Shown here: piece after piece, positions 31,601-43,070 of the stretch
Layout: each line of letters begins with the position of its first letter
Position numbering within the stretch: the stretch's first letter is position 1
Source of the DNA: Tubulanus polymorphus
Taxonomy: Eukaryota > Animalia > Nemertea
Assembly (NCBI RefSeq): GCF_964204645.1
Contig: NC_134032.1
Location: forward strand, 14,868,275-14,932,274
Direction: 5' to 3'
DNA length: 64,000 bases
Made by a program: the position numbers and the translations under genes
The notes under the pieces: model-generated
What the model saw: only the letters and a program-made list of their open reading frames with translations
What the model was told of the DNA's origin: nothing
The model's database searches: none

Positions 31601-33610
31601 GGTCGTCATCGTCCTCCGAGTCGGAGCCACCCACGTTCATGTCGAGTTCCTCGAAAGCGTTATCGATGACGTTTAATCCGAATTGAATCGCTTCGGTCAT
31701 ACGCGGAATTAATTCGGCTTCTTTTTCCTCTCGTGTTTTCTCTCTTTCATCCTTCTTCTTCTCGTCGTTCGTCGCATCGGTCGTAACGTCCTCGTCGTAA
31801 ACCCTCTATAAATACAAACGTAAACCCTCTATAAATACAAATGTAAACCCTCTATAAATACAAATGTCAACCCTCTATAAATACAGACATCAATCTTTGC
31901 TAAGATTTTAAAAAGAGACGACTAAAAATAAAGACTTCTGCGCTGATGATACAAATGAAATCTAAACCTTCTAAAAATAGAAACAAACCATCTAACGTAT
32001 GTATAAGGACCTTAAGGACAATGTCTCAAATTACAAATAGTTAACCTTTTAAAATACAAAGATCTCTAGTATCCTAACTCCTACTTCTACATGTACCAGA
32101 TCTTTTTTTTAAATATAAAAAAAAAATTGGAAGTAGATATTTTGCCAATTATGGCATCTTTCTCAGGCGCTCTTTGGCAAATACATATAATTCAGAAATT
32201 CGATTTTTACAAGTTAGTATACCTATCATGATTGATAGAACACTATATTCGTGTTGACGCGATGTAGAGAGAATCCCACAATTATAACGAAAAAGTCCGA
32301 AAATGAAACTTCGAGATAGAAGTTTATTTATTATTTAAATAAACTACTATCTCGAAGTTTCATTTTCGGACTTTTTCGATATAATTGTGGGATTCTCTCT
32401 ACTTAGTATATCTACTTTTCGAAACGTAAACTTACGTTTTCTACGAATTGCGTATTGGCGAGCATCATAAAATCATTGAATACGTTGTGAGTTCGGACGT
32501 TCGACATTTTAACCTCGTGCGACAATTCGTCCATTTGTCGATCGATTTCGTGAGTTCTCGAAACCATCTTCTGCGAGAAATCCTGAAGATGCAACAGCAA
32601 CTGAAAAAATAATCAAAATTATTAAAACAAACAAATTTTCATCACTGATTTATTTTTCTTATATCGGTGTATTCTAATGATTGTCTTTTAGTTCCTGTCA
32701 TTGACCTTCCTTTATAACATCTATATTTCTAAGTTATTATGTTATTTTCATCTCTCCGATGATTAAGTCGAAACTGTCAGAATTAACTGTTGAATCATCA
32801 ACTACAGGTTTAACTCATTAACTCTCTGAATACCGAGATTAACATCGGTCTTTTTCGTAAAACTGTTAAATAATCGAACAATATCGAGCCAATAATGAAA
32901 ATAAAATCATTGTCGTCATGGCTGCAACGTGTATCGTGTACCGGTCAACAATGCAATTAAAATCAATATCTAGGGTATAATTGTAGTCCCGGCAATAGTA
33001 TTGCGTAAAGGCCAATAATGGAATTGAAATCAATATTTTTCTGACCCCTGCGTCACCGGCGAGAGACCAGTTTCCGGCATTTTTACGAATCTCGTCTATC
33101 GTCCATTTTCGTTCCCAGATTTTTTCTCCGTCTTCGCCGGTTGTCGCCGTTGGTCCATTCTGCTGCTGAAATAAAGAACAAATTAATCAGCTGAAAAAAG
33201 GAACAACGAGGAGAAGATTTTTTTTAATGTACTGTGGCAACTGAATGTTGATTGGGACTTTGTAAGAGTTAAGGACAAGAAAAGGTAACCCTTCCCATGA
33301 ATATTTGCGATTGAAAACGTTATGAATCGATTGCCAACCAATTTCGAACCAGTTATTCGAAATTTCAATTTCGCAACTGTCAAATTTCTGAACCCGGAAG
33401 TAAACAAAAATCGATCGATATCTGCGCGTATCGGCTGTTTTGAATCGTTTAAAAATCCGTTAAACCGTTAAAATCGATATTTTCAAATAACTGTCGATCG
33501 GGTCTAATCGAATAACTTACAATAACGGCTGGATTTTCGTCTGCTCCCGATAAATGGTCGGGTAAAGGTTCGTCAGAAACGGGCGCAGGAGGAGTTGGTC
33601 CAGGCGCCAT
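22649..33610 (-). CDS. WASHC2: WASH complex subunit 2 (FAM21)
   Basis: 24 phase-consistent exons: 33610-33521, 33165-33046, 32600-32436, 31805-31569, 31421-31334, 31257-31157, 30565-30512, 30424-30341, 30255-29991, 29910-29828, 29402-29273, 29178-29113, 28970-28800, 28727-28612, 28527-28292, 28117-27649, 27544-27404, 27200-26940, 26775-26395, 26306-26181, 25404-24666, 24207-24074, 23961-23760, 22836-22649. Head region [52 protein letters not shown]; many LF-(D/E)n-LF motifs; capping-protein-interaction motif [20 protein letters not shown]; C-terminal IFDDPL. Confidence 0.95.
23218..23505. mobile_element. piggyBac-like MITE
   Basis: TTAA target duplication on both sides; TIR CCCTTTCAGTGC / GCACTGAAAGGG. 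Confidence 0.85.
24295..24657. repeat. About 20-bp intronic minisatellite (GGAGGAGTTTACCATTAACT)n
   Basis: Direct inspection. Confidence 0.85.
30660..31012. repeat. About 106-bp tandem repeat (reverse copy array at ~61083-61600)
   Basis: Unit CACCAGCAAGAACAAC...GATATCCTCAGTGAGGGCTGTTTCTTATCAAGAGGTTCCTTGTGACAC. Confidence 0.85.
32225..32400. mobile_element. Palindromic remnant of the putative Penelope-like family at 40661-41075 (hammerhead part absent)
   Basis: Arms AGAGAATCCCACAAT...AAACTTCGAGATAG and their reverse complement; shared tail GATTGATAGAACACTATA..CGTGTTGACGCGATG. Confidence 0.7.
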
Positions 33611-33800
33611 TTTGAATATAAATGTCATGTGATCTGTTTTCTCGGGTCGGCGCACTAGCCGCGGCGGGTTTACTAACGTCTCGAGCAGCGTTCTCGAGTA
33701 GCTAGTAGTTGCCCGCCGGATGAATCGAGCGCGTTTCGGGCCAGGTAGTTATCGATATTTTGACATTTGATCGATTTTAATCGTTTTTAGGTTTGATAAT
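33604..33800. promoter_or_regulatory. Putative bidirectional promoter of WASHC2 and CCDC127
   Basis: CpG-rich stretch; YY1-like CGCCATTTT overlaps the WASHC2 ATG; possible CCDC127 5'-UTR donor CAG|GTAGTT at ~33745. Confidence 0.5.
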
Positions 33801-34209
33801 TATGATGTCAACGCTTAATATAACTATGACGAGTTTTAAACTTAGAAAGTGAAAGTAAATATTTGTATTTTAAACGATGAAACTTCTTATAAATCTACTG
33901 AAATACCTTTTTTAGAGGTCACCGACTGTGTGTCACTTTACAGGGCTAGTCTGAGTACCAGTCGTTGTTACGGTTCTGTACAACGTCTGGCGCTAAACTA
34001 TCTTATAGAGGTTAACTCCTGTTAATAATACGGGTTATATTTTAAGATTCAAGAATAGGGGACTAGTGGTTAGGATTAGGGTTAGGTTTAGGGTTAGGGT
34101 TAGGTTTAGTTCCCTAATCATCATTAATTACTATATACATCTCTAGAAATGTCATTTAGAAAATAGGGAAGGAAAATGAGCTTGAAATGTTTCGTTGATC
34201 TAATTGATC

Positions 34210-34503
34210 TAAAGCCGGGCGTAGGTCGGCCTTGCGACGGCTTGCAACTCACTGCGACGCGACTCACTGCGACCGCCAACCGACCTACGCTACCTTGCGA
34301 CTGCCAGCGACGGGTTACGACTGCCAGCGACATGTTCTACTTTCTGCGACGCGACCGTCGCAACCGATCTACGCGCTTTAACGACTGGGAGCAACTAGTC
34401 ACACACAGTCGCTGACAATCGCGTCGCAACCGACTTATGCCCCCACTTGTGACGCAACGCGACGATCGCGTCACGTCGCAAGGCCGACCTACGCCCGCCT
34501 TAA
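34210..34503. mobile_element. MITE
   Basis: TIR GGGCGTAGGTCGGCCTTGCGACG / CGTCGCAAGGCCGACCTACGCCC. Confidence 0.85.
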
Positions 34504-34819
34504 GGCATCTACATGGATACAATCCAGAGACTATGTGATACAAAGCTAAAACAACATTATAGGACATGCATGTTATGGAACTAATGTCTATTTCAACCTG
34601 ACTTGAGAGCATTCCGGGTGGCCTAGCTCACTCAGTGTTAGTAGTACATACCTGATAAAAGTCTTAGTAGGATCAGAAAGGACTGGCAGTCGACCTAAAT
34701 CATCATTTTTTAATCCATTTACTGTATTGAAGGATTTCAAAAAAGTCTTCATGTTAAATTGACATTAGCCTTAATATGTTTAGCGTTTTGATTGTAGGTC
34801 GTGTTATTGTAAGAAGACA

Positions 34820-37059
34820 ATGGGTAATGTACTGGGTACTGCAGGAGGAGCTGGCAGGGAGCCAGGAGATCGCGGCGGCGGCGCTGCGATACCGTGGAAT
34901 ATCAGTGAAGCCGGACCGATTAATGATTTAAACTATCCTCATTCGAGTCAAATGTTTTATTTTGTTTTGCATGGAATGATTCCATTGATAGGAGTTTGTT
35001 TGTTCGGTAAGTTGTGGTTGGAATTTGCTTGAGAGCACTTTATCATCTCTCCCTCCTCTCTCTACCCTCTCAGCTCCTATCCTCTCACTTTCTATCCCTC
35101 TCCTCTGTCACCACTTTCCGTCAATCTCCTCCCTCTCCCTCTCTCTCTTATCTCTTCACTCTTACAGGTTGGTCATTCCCTCTCCCTCCTCTTTCTCACT
35201 CTATCCCTATGGACCTTAAATTTCATCTCTCTCCTTTGTCAGTTCTCTCCTTACTCCCTTTCCCCCTTTCTCTCATCTCTCTCCTCTGTCACTTCTCTCC
35301 CTCTCTTATCTCTTCACTCTTTTACTGGTACACTATTCCCTCTCCCTCCTCTCCTCACCCTTATTCTCTCCCTATCCCCTTCCCTCTTACTTTCTTTCTC
35401 CTCAGTCACTGCTCTCCCTCTCTTATCTCTCCTTCTCTTACTGGTATGTCAATCCCTGTCCCTCCACTCTCTCCTCACTCTTAATCTCTCCCTATCCCCT
35501 TCCCTCTCATCTCTCCTGTCACTGCTCCCCCTCTCTATTATTGATACCTATTTTCTGTACCTCCTGTCCCTCCTCTCCTCACTCTTATTCTTTCCCTCTC
35601 ATCTATCCTGTCACTGCTCCCCCTCTCTATTATTGATACCTATTTTCTGTACCTCCTGTCCCTCCTCTCCTCACTCTTATTCTTTCCCTCTCATCTATCC
35701 TGTCACTGCTCCCCCTCTCTATTATTGGTACCTATTTTCTGTACCTCCTGTCCTTCTTCTCTCTACTCACTCTTATTCTTTCCCTCTCATCTCTCCTGTC
35801 ACTGCTCCCCCTCTCTATTATTGGTACCTATTTTCTGTACCTCCTGTCCCTCCTCTCTCTCCTGTCCCTCCTCTCTCTCTCATCACTCTTATTCTTTCCC
35901 TCTCATCTCTCCTGTCACTGCTCCCCCTCTCTATTATTGGTACCTATTTTCTGTACCTCCTGTCCCTCCTCTCTCTCCTGTCCCTCCTCTCTCTCTCATC
36001 ACTCTTATTCTTTCCCTCTCATCTATCCTGTCACTGCTCCCCCTCTCTATTATTGGTACCTATTTTCTGTACCTCCTGTCCCTCCTCTCTCTCTCCTGTC
36101 CCTCCTCTCTCTCTCCTCACTCTTATTCTTTCCCTCTCATCTATCCTGTCACTGCTCCCCCTCTCTATTATTGGTACCTATTTTCTGTACCTCCTGTCCC
36201 TCCTCTCCTCACTCTTATTCTCTCCCTCTCATCTATCCTGTCACTGCTCCCTCTTTCTCTTACTGGTACATCATTCCCTGTCCCTCCTCTCTCTCCTCAC
36301 TCTTATTCTTTCCCTCTCATCTCCTGTCCCTGCTCCCCCTTTCTATTATTGGTACCTCTTTTCCAGTCCCTCCTCTCTCTCCTCTCCCTACTCACTCTCT
36401 CCCTCTTTCTTATTGATACCTCTTTCCTTCCTCTCTCTCTCTGTTTGTCTCTCTCTCCCTCTTTCTCATCTCTACGTTCTATTCCATAGCCCAATCACGG
36501 AATCAATTGTCGTGAATGATTTCTATTTTTAGCTTACACAGCAAAACGTTACGAGAAAGATCGTCGTCAAATGGAGAACACGTGCGTGAATTTAAATCAG
36601 TTCATGTCGTCTGCTCGCCGACAGACGGACGCGAATTCGTCGACTAAAACTCCGCTCGGCTCGACGATGAGTAAAAACGATACGTTACAACTTCTAGAAA
36701 AACTAGAATCGGACGAAAATCGAAAAATGTCGCGTAAAATGTCCAAACTTCAAACGTACGATCAGGAACTGGAGAAAATTCTCGATATTCGGTGTTCGTT
36801 GTTTAAACGTCATCGCGATCGAGACATTCTTCAACGGAAACTCGTCGCCGATTTAACCCGACCCGACAACCCACTTCACGATTTAGACGTCTATAACGGG
36901 CTAACCGATATTTTCCGATACGATTATCTGTTTTGCGGACAAGCGAAAAAGGATAACGGCAAGTTCCGACAGTTGTACGTGCGTAACTGGAAATTAGAAA
37001 CAGAATTGAACAAACATAAAGCGATCATCGAGAGGTTGAAAATGCAGTTAAAAAGTTAA
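34820..37059 (+). CDS. CCDC127: Coiled-coil domain-containing protein 127-like (237 aa, single TM)
   Basis: Exons 34820-35006 and 36533-37059 (phase 1). PWNI, TM with MIPLIGVCLF, CSLF, GLTDIF..D and NGK...LY...W.L..EL.K match CCDC127 as recalled. Confidence 0.82.
35040..36475. repeat. CT-rich low-complexity region with ~86-105-bp tandem units in the CCDC127 intron
   Basis: Direct inspection. Confidence 0.9.
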
Positions 37060-37410
37060 CTATTAAAATCTAGAGGTGATCGAATGCAATTGTAGCAAAT
37101 AGAGAACTACCTTAAATTAGGGGCGGATTTAAGGGGTGGGCACGGGTGTCCTTTCTAACAAGATGGAGATCATCATTGAAATTTGATACTCATCCTCTCG
37201 GAATTTGCATCTTTTAGGAGGTATTTCTTCGAAAATATCTTAATACCCCCAGTGTGGAACCGATTTTATAAATCAAAATGTAAATAAATTAAGAATTTAA
37301 AATTCTAGGGAATAATTTTTCTGCTTTTTATTAGTGTTTTAAATCACTGTGGATTTCAAAGTAGCGACTGCAAAGGTTGGTATTTGTCAGCAGGTGCGAA
37401 CCGCATATTA

Positions 37411-37686
37411 CGGAAGCCCCTAGGTGACATATGAGATAGTTTTTTTCATAATTTCGACTTATTAAGTCGAATTTCGACATAATAAGTCGAAGTTCGACTT
37501 TTTATTTTCATGTCGAATTTCGACTTATTAAGTCGAAATTCGACTTAATTAACACGAAATTCGACTTATTAAGTCGAAATTCGACATGAAAATAAAAAGT
37601 CGAACTTCGACTTATTATGTCGAAATTCGACTTAATAAGTCGAAATTATGAAAAAAATTATCTCGTATGTCACCTAGGGGCTTCCG
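37411..37686. mobile_element. Palindromic MITE flanked by TA
   Basis: TA-CGGAAGCCCCTAGGTGACATA ... TATGTCACCTAGGGGCTTCCG-TA; almost fully self-complementary. Confidence 0.85.
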
Positions 37687-37777
37687 TACGAAAGTTTGGA
37701 AGTATTAGGAATCTATTTTTGGGGGAATAAATTGGGACTCGAACCCGATTCCTCGACGTGAGACGGGATCCTCGAAT

Positions 37778-37812
37778 GTGACGTCACGTCCGGTCTTTCC
37801 CAGCCATCTTGG
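37778..37812 (+). promoter_or_regulatory. RPLP1 core promoter: CRE (TGACGTCA), TCT/5'TOP tract (TCTTTCCC), YY1-like GCCATCTT
   Basis: Motifs lie ~100-135 nt upstream of the ATG in an arrangement typical of ribosomal protein genes. Confidence 0.65.
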
Positions 37813-37912
37813 TCGTGTAAAGTGTACTGTTCTCTGCTCGAGCTAAGGCCCTAATCGGCGACATACACTGTCTAAATTACACCATCCGCTGAAATCAACT
37901 CCACAAATTGAA

Positions 37913-40900
37913 ATGGCATCCACCGATGAATTAGCCTGCACCTATAGTGCGCTGATCCTCGCAGACGATGACGTGGCAATCACCGTAAGTCTCATCGCAT
38001 TTTTTTCCGACCGACGACACGTTTTCTGATAAATTTCTCGCATCTCGAGTGATTTGATTCGCGATCTATTTTCGATTTGTTCCAGGCTGACAAATTGGCG
38101 ACGATCCTGAAAGCTGCCAACGTGAAAACCGAGCCGTACTGGCCAGGTAAGAATATAAACGTTAATTTTGAGAATTAATTTGTGGATTGTTGAGCATTGA
38201 TTGATGAGGAGAAATTGAATATTTATGTGAAATGTATAATGATGACACTCTTTCGGGTCTGAATCATCTGTAGACAAAACTGCCAACGTGTACTGAATAC
38301 ATTTCATTTCTTCAAAAACATCCTTGATGCCCTTATGGGTCCTCCTTATAAAGCCTACCGAGATCAACCGAGATGACATATAACATGTTTATTTATTCCT
38401 TCATCTCGGTAAATTATGTCATAAGGAGGACTGGCGCGTATGGCTGAATAGTAATATGTTGCGAGATTGGTGTAGCAAATTTGTCCGGGCCAACCGGCCG
38501 CTCCACCCACCTGCCAATTTCTGCAAAGCCTTATTTTCGAAGAAATTGGCAAATCTACTAATGTCTATTTCAACCTGACTTGAGAGCATTCCGGGTGGCC
38601 TAGCTCGCTAATTTTTGGTAGTACATACCTGATAAAGGTCTTAATAAGGGCCAGAAAGGAAGGGCAGTCGACCTAAATCATGATTAATCCATTTGAAATT
38701 GTATCCAAAAAATCTTCACTGAAAGGGGTTAATTGAAGAGAAGTGACTCCATGATTTGAATGTTTGACAATATGTTTCCATGCCTACGTACCAAACTTCA
38801 GTTGGTAGGCATGGAGACATATTGTTAAACTTTCAAATCATGTAGTCTCTTTTCTCTAATGAACCCCTCTCAATGCAGACTTTTTGGATATCCTTCAATA
38901 CAGTCTAAAGTGGATTAAAAAACAATATTTTAGGTCAGCTGCCAGTCCTTTCTGGTCCTAATAAGACTTCTATCAGGTATGTACTACCAAAAATGAGCGA
39001 GCTAGGCCACCAGGAATGCCCTCAAGTCAGGTTGAAATAGACATTAAGGAGTGCTTCGATCAGTAGAAAATCCTCTGACCTAATAGTTCCTGAATTTGAT
39101 GTCTTTATTTCTTAGTTAATGAGATCATTCAACTTGAAAGCACGTTCTCCGCTGCGTGTTTTACTGTAATAAATGATGACACACTTTCGGGTCTGAACTA
39201 CGTTCAAAATACGAGGAATGTAGACAAACTTATCCCAACGTGTTCTGATAATACCGTTCATTATGTACCTCGGAAACTGGACCCAGTTCCTATAGATGTG
39301 AGAATGAGTCATGAGTTAAAATCTGATGGGTCAATTTGTGTATGAGTTAAAGCAAGAGTCAAATCTCAATCTGGATTCCACTCAAGTCCACGGTTCCACT
39401 CTTGACTTAGAATCGGGCCATTGAGACAAATCAGATTCAACTCTAGATTCAAATCTTAACCAAGAACTCTCTTATTGTTTAATTAATTAGTTGCATGGTC
39501 GCAAAAAAAGTCATCTTCTATATTGATGAAAAAATGTTTTTATTTTCAGGTCTTTTCGCTAAGGCTCTTTCCGGAATCGATATCAAGAGTTTAGTATCGA
39601 ACATCGGAACCGCAGCGCCGTCTGCTGGAGGAGCTGCCCCGGCTGCCGCAGCTGGTGGCGCCGCCCCGGCTGCTGAGGAGAAGAAGGAAGAAAAGAAGGA
39701 GGAGTCTGAGGAAGAATCTGATGATGATATGGGATTCGGTAAGTCTCGAGGATATAAATGTGGCCGCGCCCTATAACACCCCAGCCCTCACAGACTGACA
39801 CTGAGTTATTGAGCCTTGTGGCCTCTAAACTTTTGGTTTATTAAAACCCTGTGAGAAATCAAATAAAACCATTGCTAGCTATACTAACAGTTCATACATA
39901 TACTGGCTGCTGGTACGTCGCGTTGGTACATATCGATTCTTAATGCATTATTAGTGTAGGATTAAGTGGGCTCCTAGATTCCTTATTCCTTGATTGACAC
40001 TAGTACTTTTCTAATGTTAAGAAAAGTACTAGTTAGTGTCACTACCACTTTCAATTAACCTTGAATTTTGATATCGTCATGAAACTGCCCCCTGTCTGTC
40101 TGTCATGGAACTATGTACAGAGATCAGGATTTTCGGGGGGGTCACTATTTTGTACTGTTAAAATTTGTTCGCATATGAAAGTGATACCTTATGGGAGGAA
40201 AGGAGTTCATGAACGTCAACTGTCTCCTCTCCCATCTCCCCTTCCTCTCTCTGTCTCCTCTCCCGTCTCCCCTTCCTCTCTCTGTCTACTCTCTCCTCCC
40301 ATCTCCCCTTCCTCTCTCTGTCTCCTCTCCCATCTCCCCTTCCTCTCTGTCTACTCTCTCCTCCCATCTCCCCTTCCTCTCTCTGTCTCCTCTCCCGTCT
40401 CCCCTTCCTCTCTCTGTCTACTCTCTCCTGCCATCTCCCCTTCCTCTCTCTCCTTCCATCTCCTCACAGTCACTCTGCTTGTTAAATCCTATGGTATTTT
40501 CCAAGCTTTTTAAATCTGTGATAGATCAATGTTTCTATACTTGCTATGCCGTAACGTTAAACTTATGGTACGTTGTATAGGTACAAATCAGTCCGAACGA
40601 TCCCTTTGGGTTAACTATTATTTGCAGGACACCAAACTGAGTCGTTATGATTGGACCTGAGGAGAGAATCCCACAATGATAATAAAAAGTCCGAAAATGA
40701 AACTTCGAGATAGTAGTTTATTTCAACGTTTCGACTTTATCCTAATAGTCATCTTCAGGAATACTGTATTCCTTGAGCTAGTGTAGTTTATTCAACGTTT
40801 CGACTATATCCTAATAGTCATCTTCAGGAATACTGTATTCCTTGAGCTAGTGTAGTTTATTCAACGTTTCGACTATATCCTAATAATCATCTTCAGGAAT

Positions 40901-41154
40901 AATGAAGATGACTTATTCCTGATGAATTATTCCTGAAGATGACTATTAGGATATAGTCGAAACGTTGAAATAAACTACTATCTCGAAGTTTCATTTTCGG
41001 ACTTTTTATTATCATTGTGGGATTCTCTCCTCATCGCGTCAACACGGATATAGTGTTCTACCAATCGTGATGATTGGACAATCTTTTAAAGAAACTAAGA
41101 AATATTGAGTTAATGGTTGTTTTTGTTTTTCTAATTTCAGGTCTCTTTGATTAA
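37913..41154 (+). CDS. RPLP1: 60S acidic ribosomal protein P1
   Basis: Exons 37913-37984, 38086-38146, 39550-39738, 41141-41154: [51 protein letters not shown]...[13 protein letters not shown]. Confidence 0.98.
38228..38306 (+). ncRNA. Intronic box C/D snoRNA, SNORD2/snR39B-like (copy 1)
   Basis: Perfect 10-bp terminal stem TGAAATGTAT/ATACATTTCA; box C ATGATGA 38239; D' CTGA 38259 preceded by TCTTTCGGGT (complement of 28S ACCCGAAAGA); box D CTGA 38293. Confidence 0.9.
38559..39046. mobile_element. Foldback MITE (one-ended copy at ~34582-34735)
   Basis: Long inverted arms TAATGTCTATTTCAACCTGACTTGAG / CTCAAGTCAGGTTGAAATAGACATTA. Confidence 0.85.
39165..39255 (+). ncRNA. Intronic box C/D snoRNA, SNORD2/snR39B-like (copy 2)
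   Basis: Box C ATGATGA 39173; CTTTCGGGT-CTGA (D' 39193); shared TGTAGA; TCCCAACGTGTT-CTGA (D 39245); weaker terminal stem. Confidence 0.82.
39787..39933 (+). ncRNA. Candidate box H/ACA snoRNA in RPLP1 intron 3
   Basis: Hairpin closed by CTCACAG/CTGTGAG, H box AAATCA (39856), second hairpin ACCATTGC/GCGTTGGT with an internal loop, then ACA + 3 nt; about 147 nt. Confidence 0.55.
40661..41075. mobile_element. Palindromic putative Penelope-like remnant with 4 hammerhead motifs (3 on -, 1 on +)
   Basis: About 100-bp inverted arms; CAACGTTTCGAC at 40724, 40793, 40862 (69-bp period); plus-strand copy at 40928-40972. Confidence 0.75.
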
Positions 41155-42539
41155 AGAACTCATTGTTTGACTCTTTTCTACTGTCATTTGGTTTGTGAAA
41201 CTGCAGGGGAAAATGATTGAATAATAAAAAAAAAAACATCGTAAAATCTACATGAAAATGTTGTTGTCTTTTGAAATTGTTTTCTTATTCGATGGATTCA
41301 TTGTATTTCAACAGAGGATAGTTAATCCCCCTTCCCCTGCAACAGCCTTGTTGGTCATTTCAGAGGACTTCCACTGCTCTTCCCAATTGTGTTTATATCT
41401 GGTATGAAATTGCAGGATTCCAACACAGCCGCCTTGATAGTGATCAATAGGGATCATTCATTTATTACATGCGCACAAAATTTGAATTTTTCAATCCCCC
41501 TCTGTACGCAAAATCAGCAGTTTTCTCATATACATTAAGTATTACAGTACTCAATTGCACTGATGGCTCCCCTAATGCGGACGTCACAAATGAATGACCC
41601 CCATACTAAAATTGCAGGATTCAATCACAGCCTCTATGAAAGTTATAAAATGGTAATGATTCAATTCGAGGCTTTGAGTATCATCAAAAATACAATTTTA
41701 GTATTATGGAATGGGCTTATTGCATCACCATGTCTCATATTTATTCATTAACGAATTCAATTAAATTGGTAACTAATTACATGTAGAACAAAATCCTTCT
41801 TGTGCTTTGCTAACTTCTAATCGCACAAACATACACGATCGCCATCTATTAGAATTCCCCGGAACTAACTATTTTAATGACACATTTGCCCGCGAATTCG
41901 TGTGTCGTGGTGTGCACACGTGCGCCATCTACCAGGTAACAGAAATATCGCGTAATTAATAAGAACGCAAAAATTAGACTGGTTACCGGTCTCTATCTTC
42001 AATTGGATATTGAATGGGACAGGCAACCAGTCTATACAAGAACGTAATAATTAAGAATTTCAAGATCTTATCCACATCTTTCCTAAAATCCTCGTTTTGC
42101 CTCGAAGCTACCATTTTCTGCGGAGATCAGACGATCACAAAACTACTCTTAAAATCGCTTGCATTTTCGATCAGTGTAAATATCATATCTTTATTTCAAT
42201 TAAATATACGGTGACCATTTATATCTCATTGTATTATTATATCACAGATAAAAACCGAAGAATAAAAATAGTATTTTTAAAAATAGTTATAATTAATTGC
42301 GTTATCTGGAAAATCAATTCGAGTAGATGGATAAAATCCATGTGCGGTCAGAATTAGTACTACATGTATAAAGTTTCTTTTTAGGTTCATAAGTAAAAAC
42401 AATCTTAATGAAATTAAGTAATATAGAATTAGAAAATGACGGATTCCACTACAACATCATCATACATTTATCATAAATTTTACTGTTTACCCATCCCAAA
42501 CTGTTAGGACAGACTTGTAAAGTTCCCTGCTGAAGTAAG

Positions 42540-43070
42540 AGTCAGTATCTACTGTATTTCACTAACTCTTACTCAGTATTTAACACCAACTCGGGGTAGA
42601 ATTTTACCGGTCTCAACTTTATCGCAGTAAGAGACAGAGTCTACTGTATTTCACAAACTCTTACTCAGTATTTAACACCGACTCGGGGTAGAATTTTACC
42701 GGTCTCAACTTTACCGCAGTAAGAGACAGATTCTACTGTATTTCACAAACTCTTACTCAGTATTTGACACCAACTCGGGGTAGAATTTTACCAGTCTCAA
42801 CTTTACCGCAGTAAGAGACACAGTCTACTGTATTTCACAAACTCTTACTCAGTATTTGACACCAACTCGGGGTAGAATTTTACCGGTCTCAACTTTACCG
42901 CAGTAAGAGACAGAGTCTACGGTATTTCACAAACTCTTACTCAGTATTTGACACCAACTCGGGGTAGAATTTTACCGGTCTCAACTTTACCGCAGTAAGA
43001 GACAGAGTTTACTGTATTTCACAAACACTTCAGTATTAAACACCAACTCGGTGTAGAATTTTACCAGTCT
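42540..43070. repeat. 92-bp tandem repeat, about 5.7 copies
   Basis: Same unit as 21410-21830. Confidence 0.9.

Noticed and set aside
32750-32782. CCGATGA...GAAACTGTC hammerhead-like string
   Set aside because: Mutated core and no stem II; at most a decayed remnant
34070-34110. TTAGGG-like run as a telomere or fusion site
   Set aside because: Only about 6 imperfect units; more likely a simple repeat within a transposon remnant
35014-36532. Leu/Ser/Pro-rich ORFs
   Set aside because: Low-complexity intron of CCDC127
38339-38431. Long hairpin between the two snoRNAs as a miRNA or H/ACA RNA
   Set aside because: Large internal loops, no H or ACA box, and termini that resemble a small MITE
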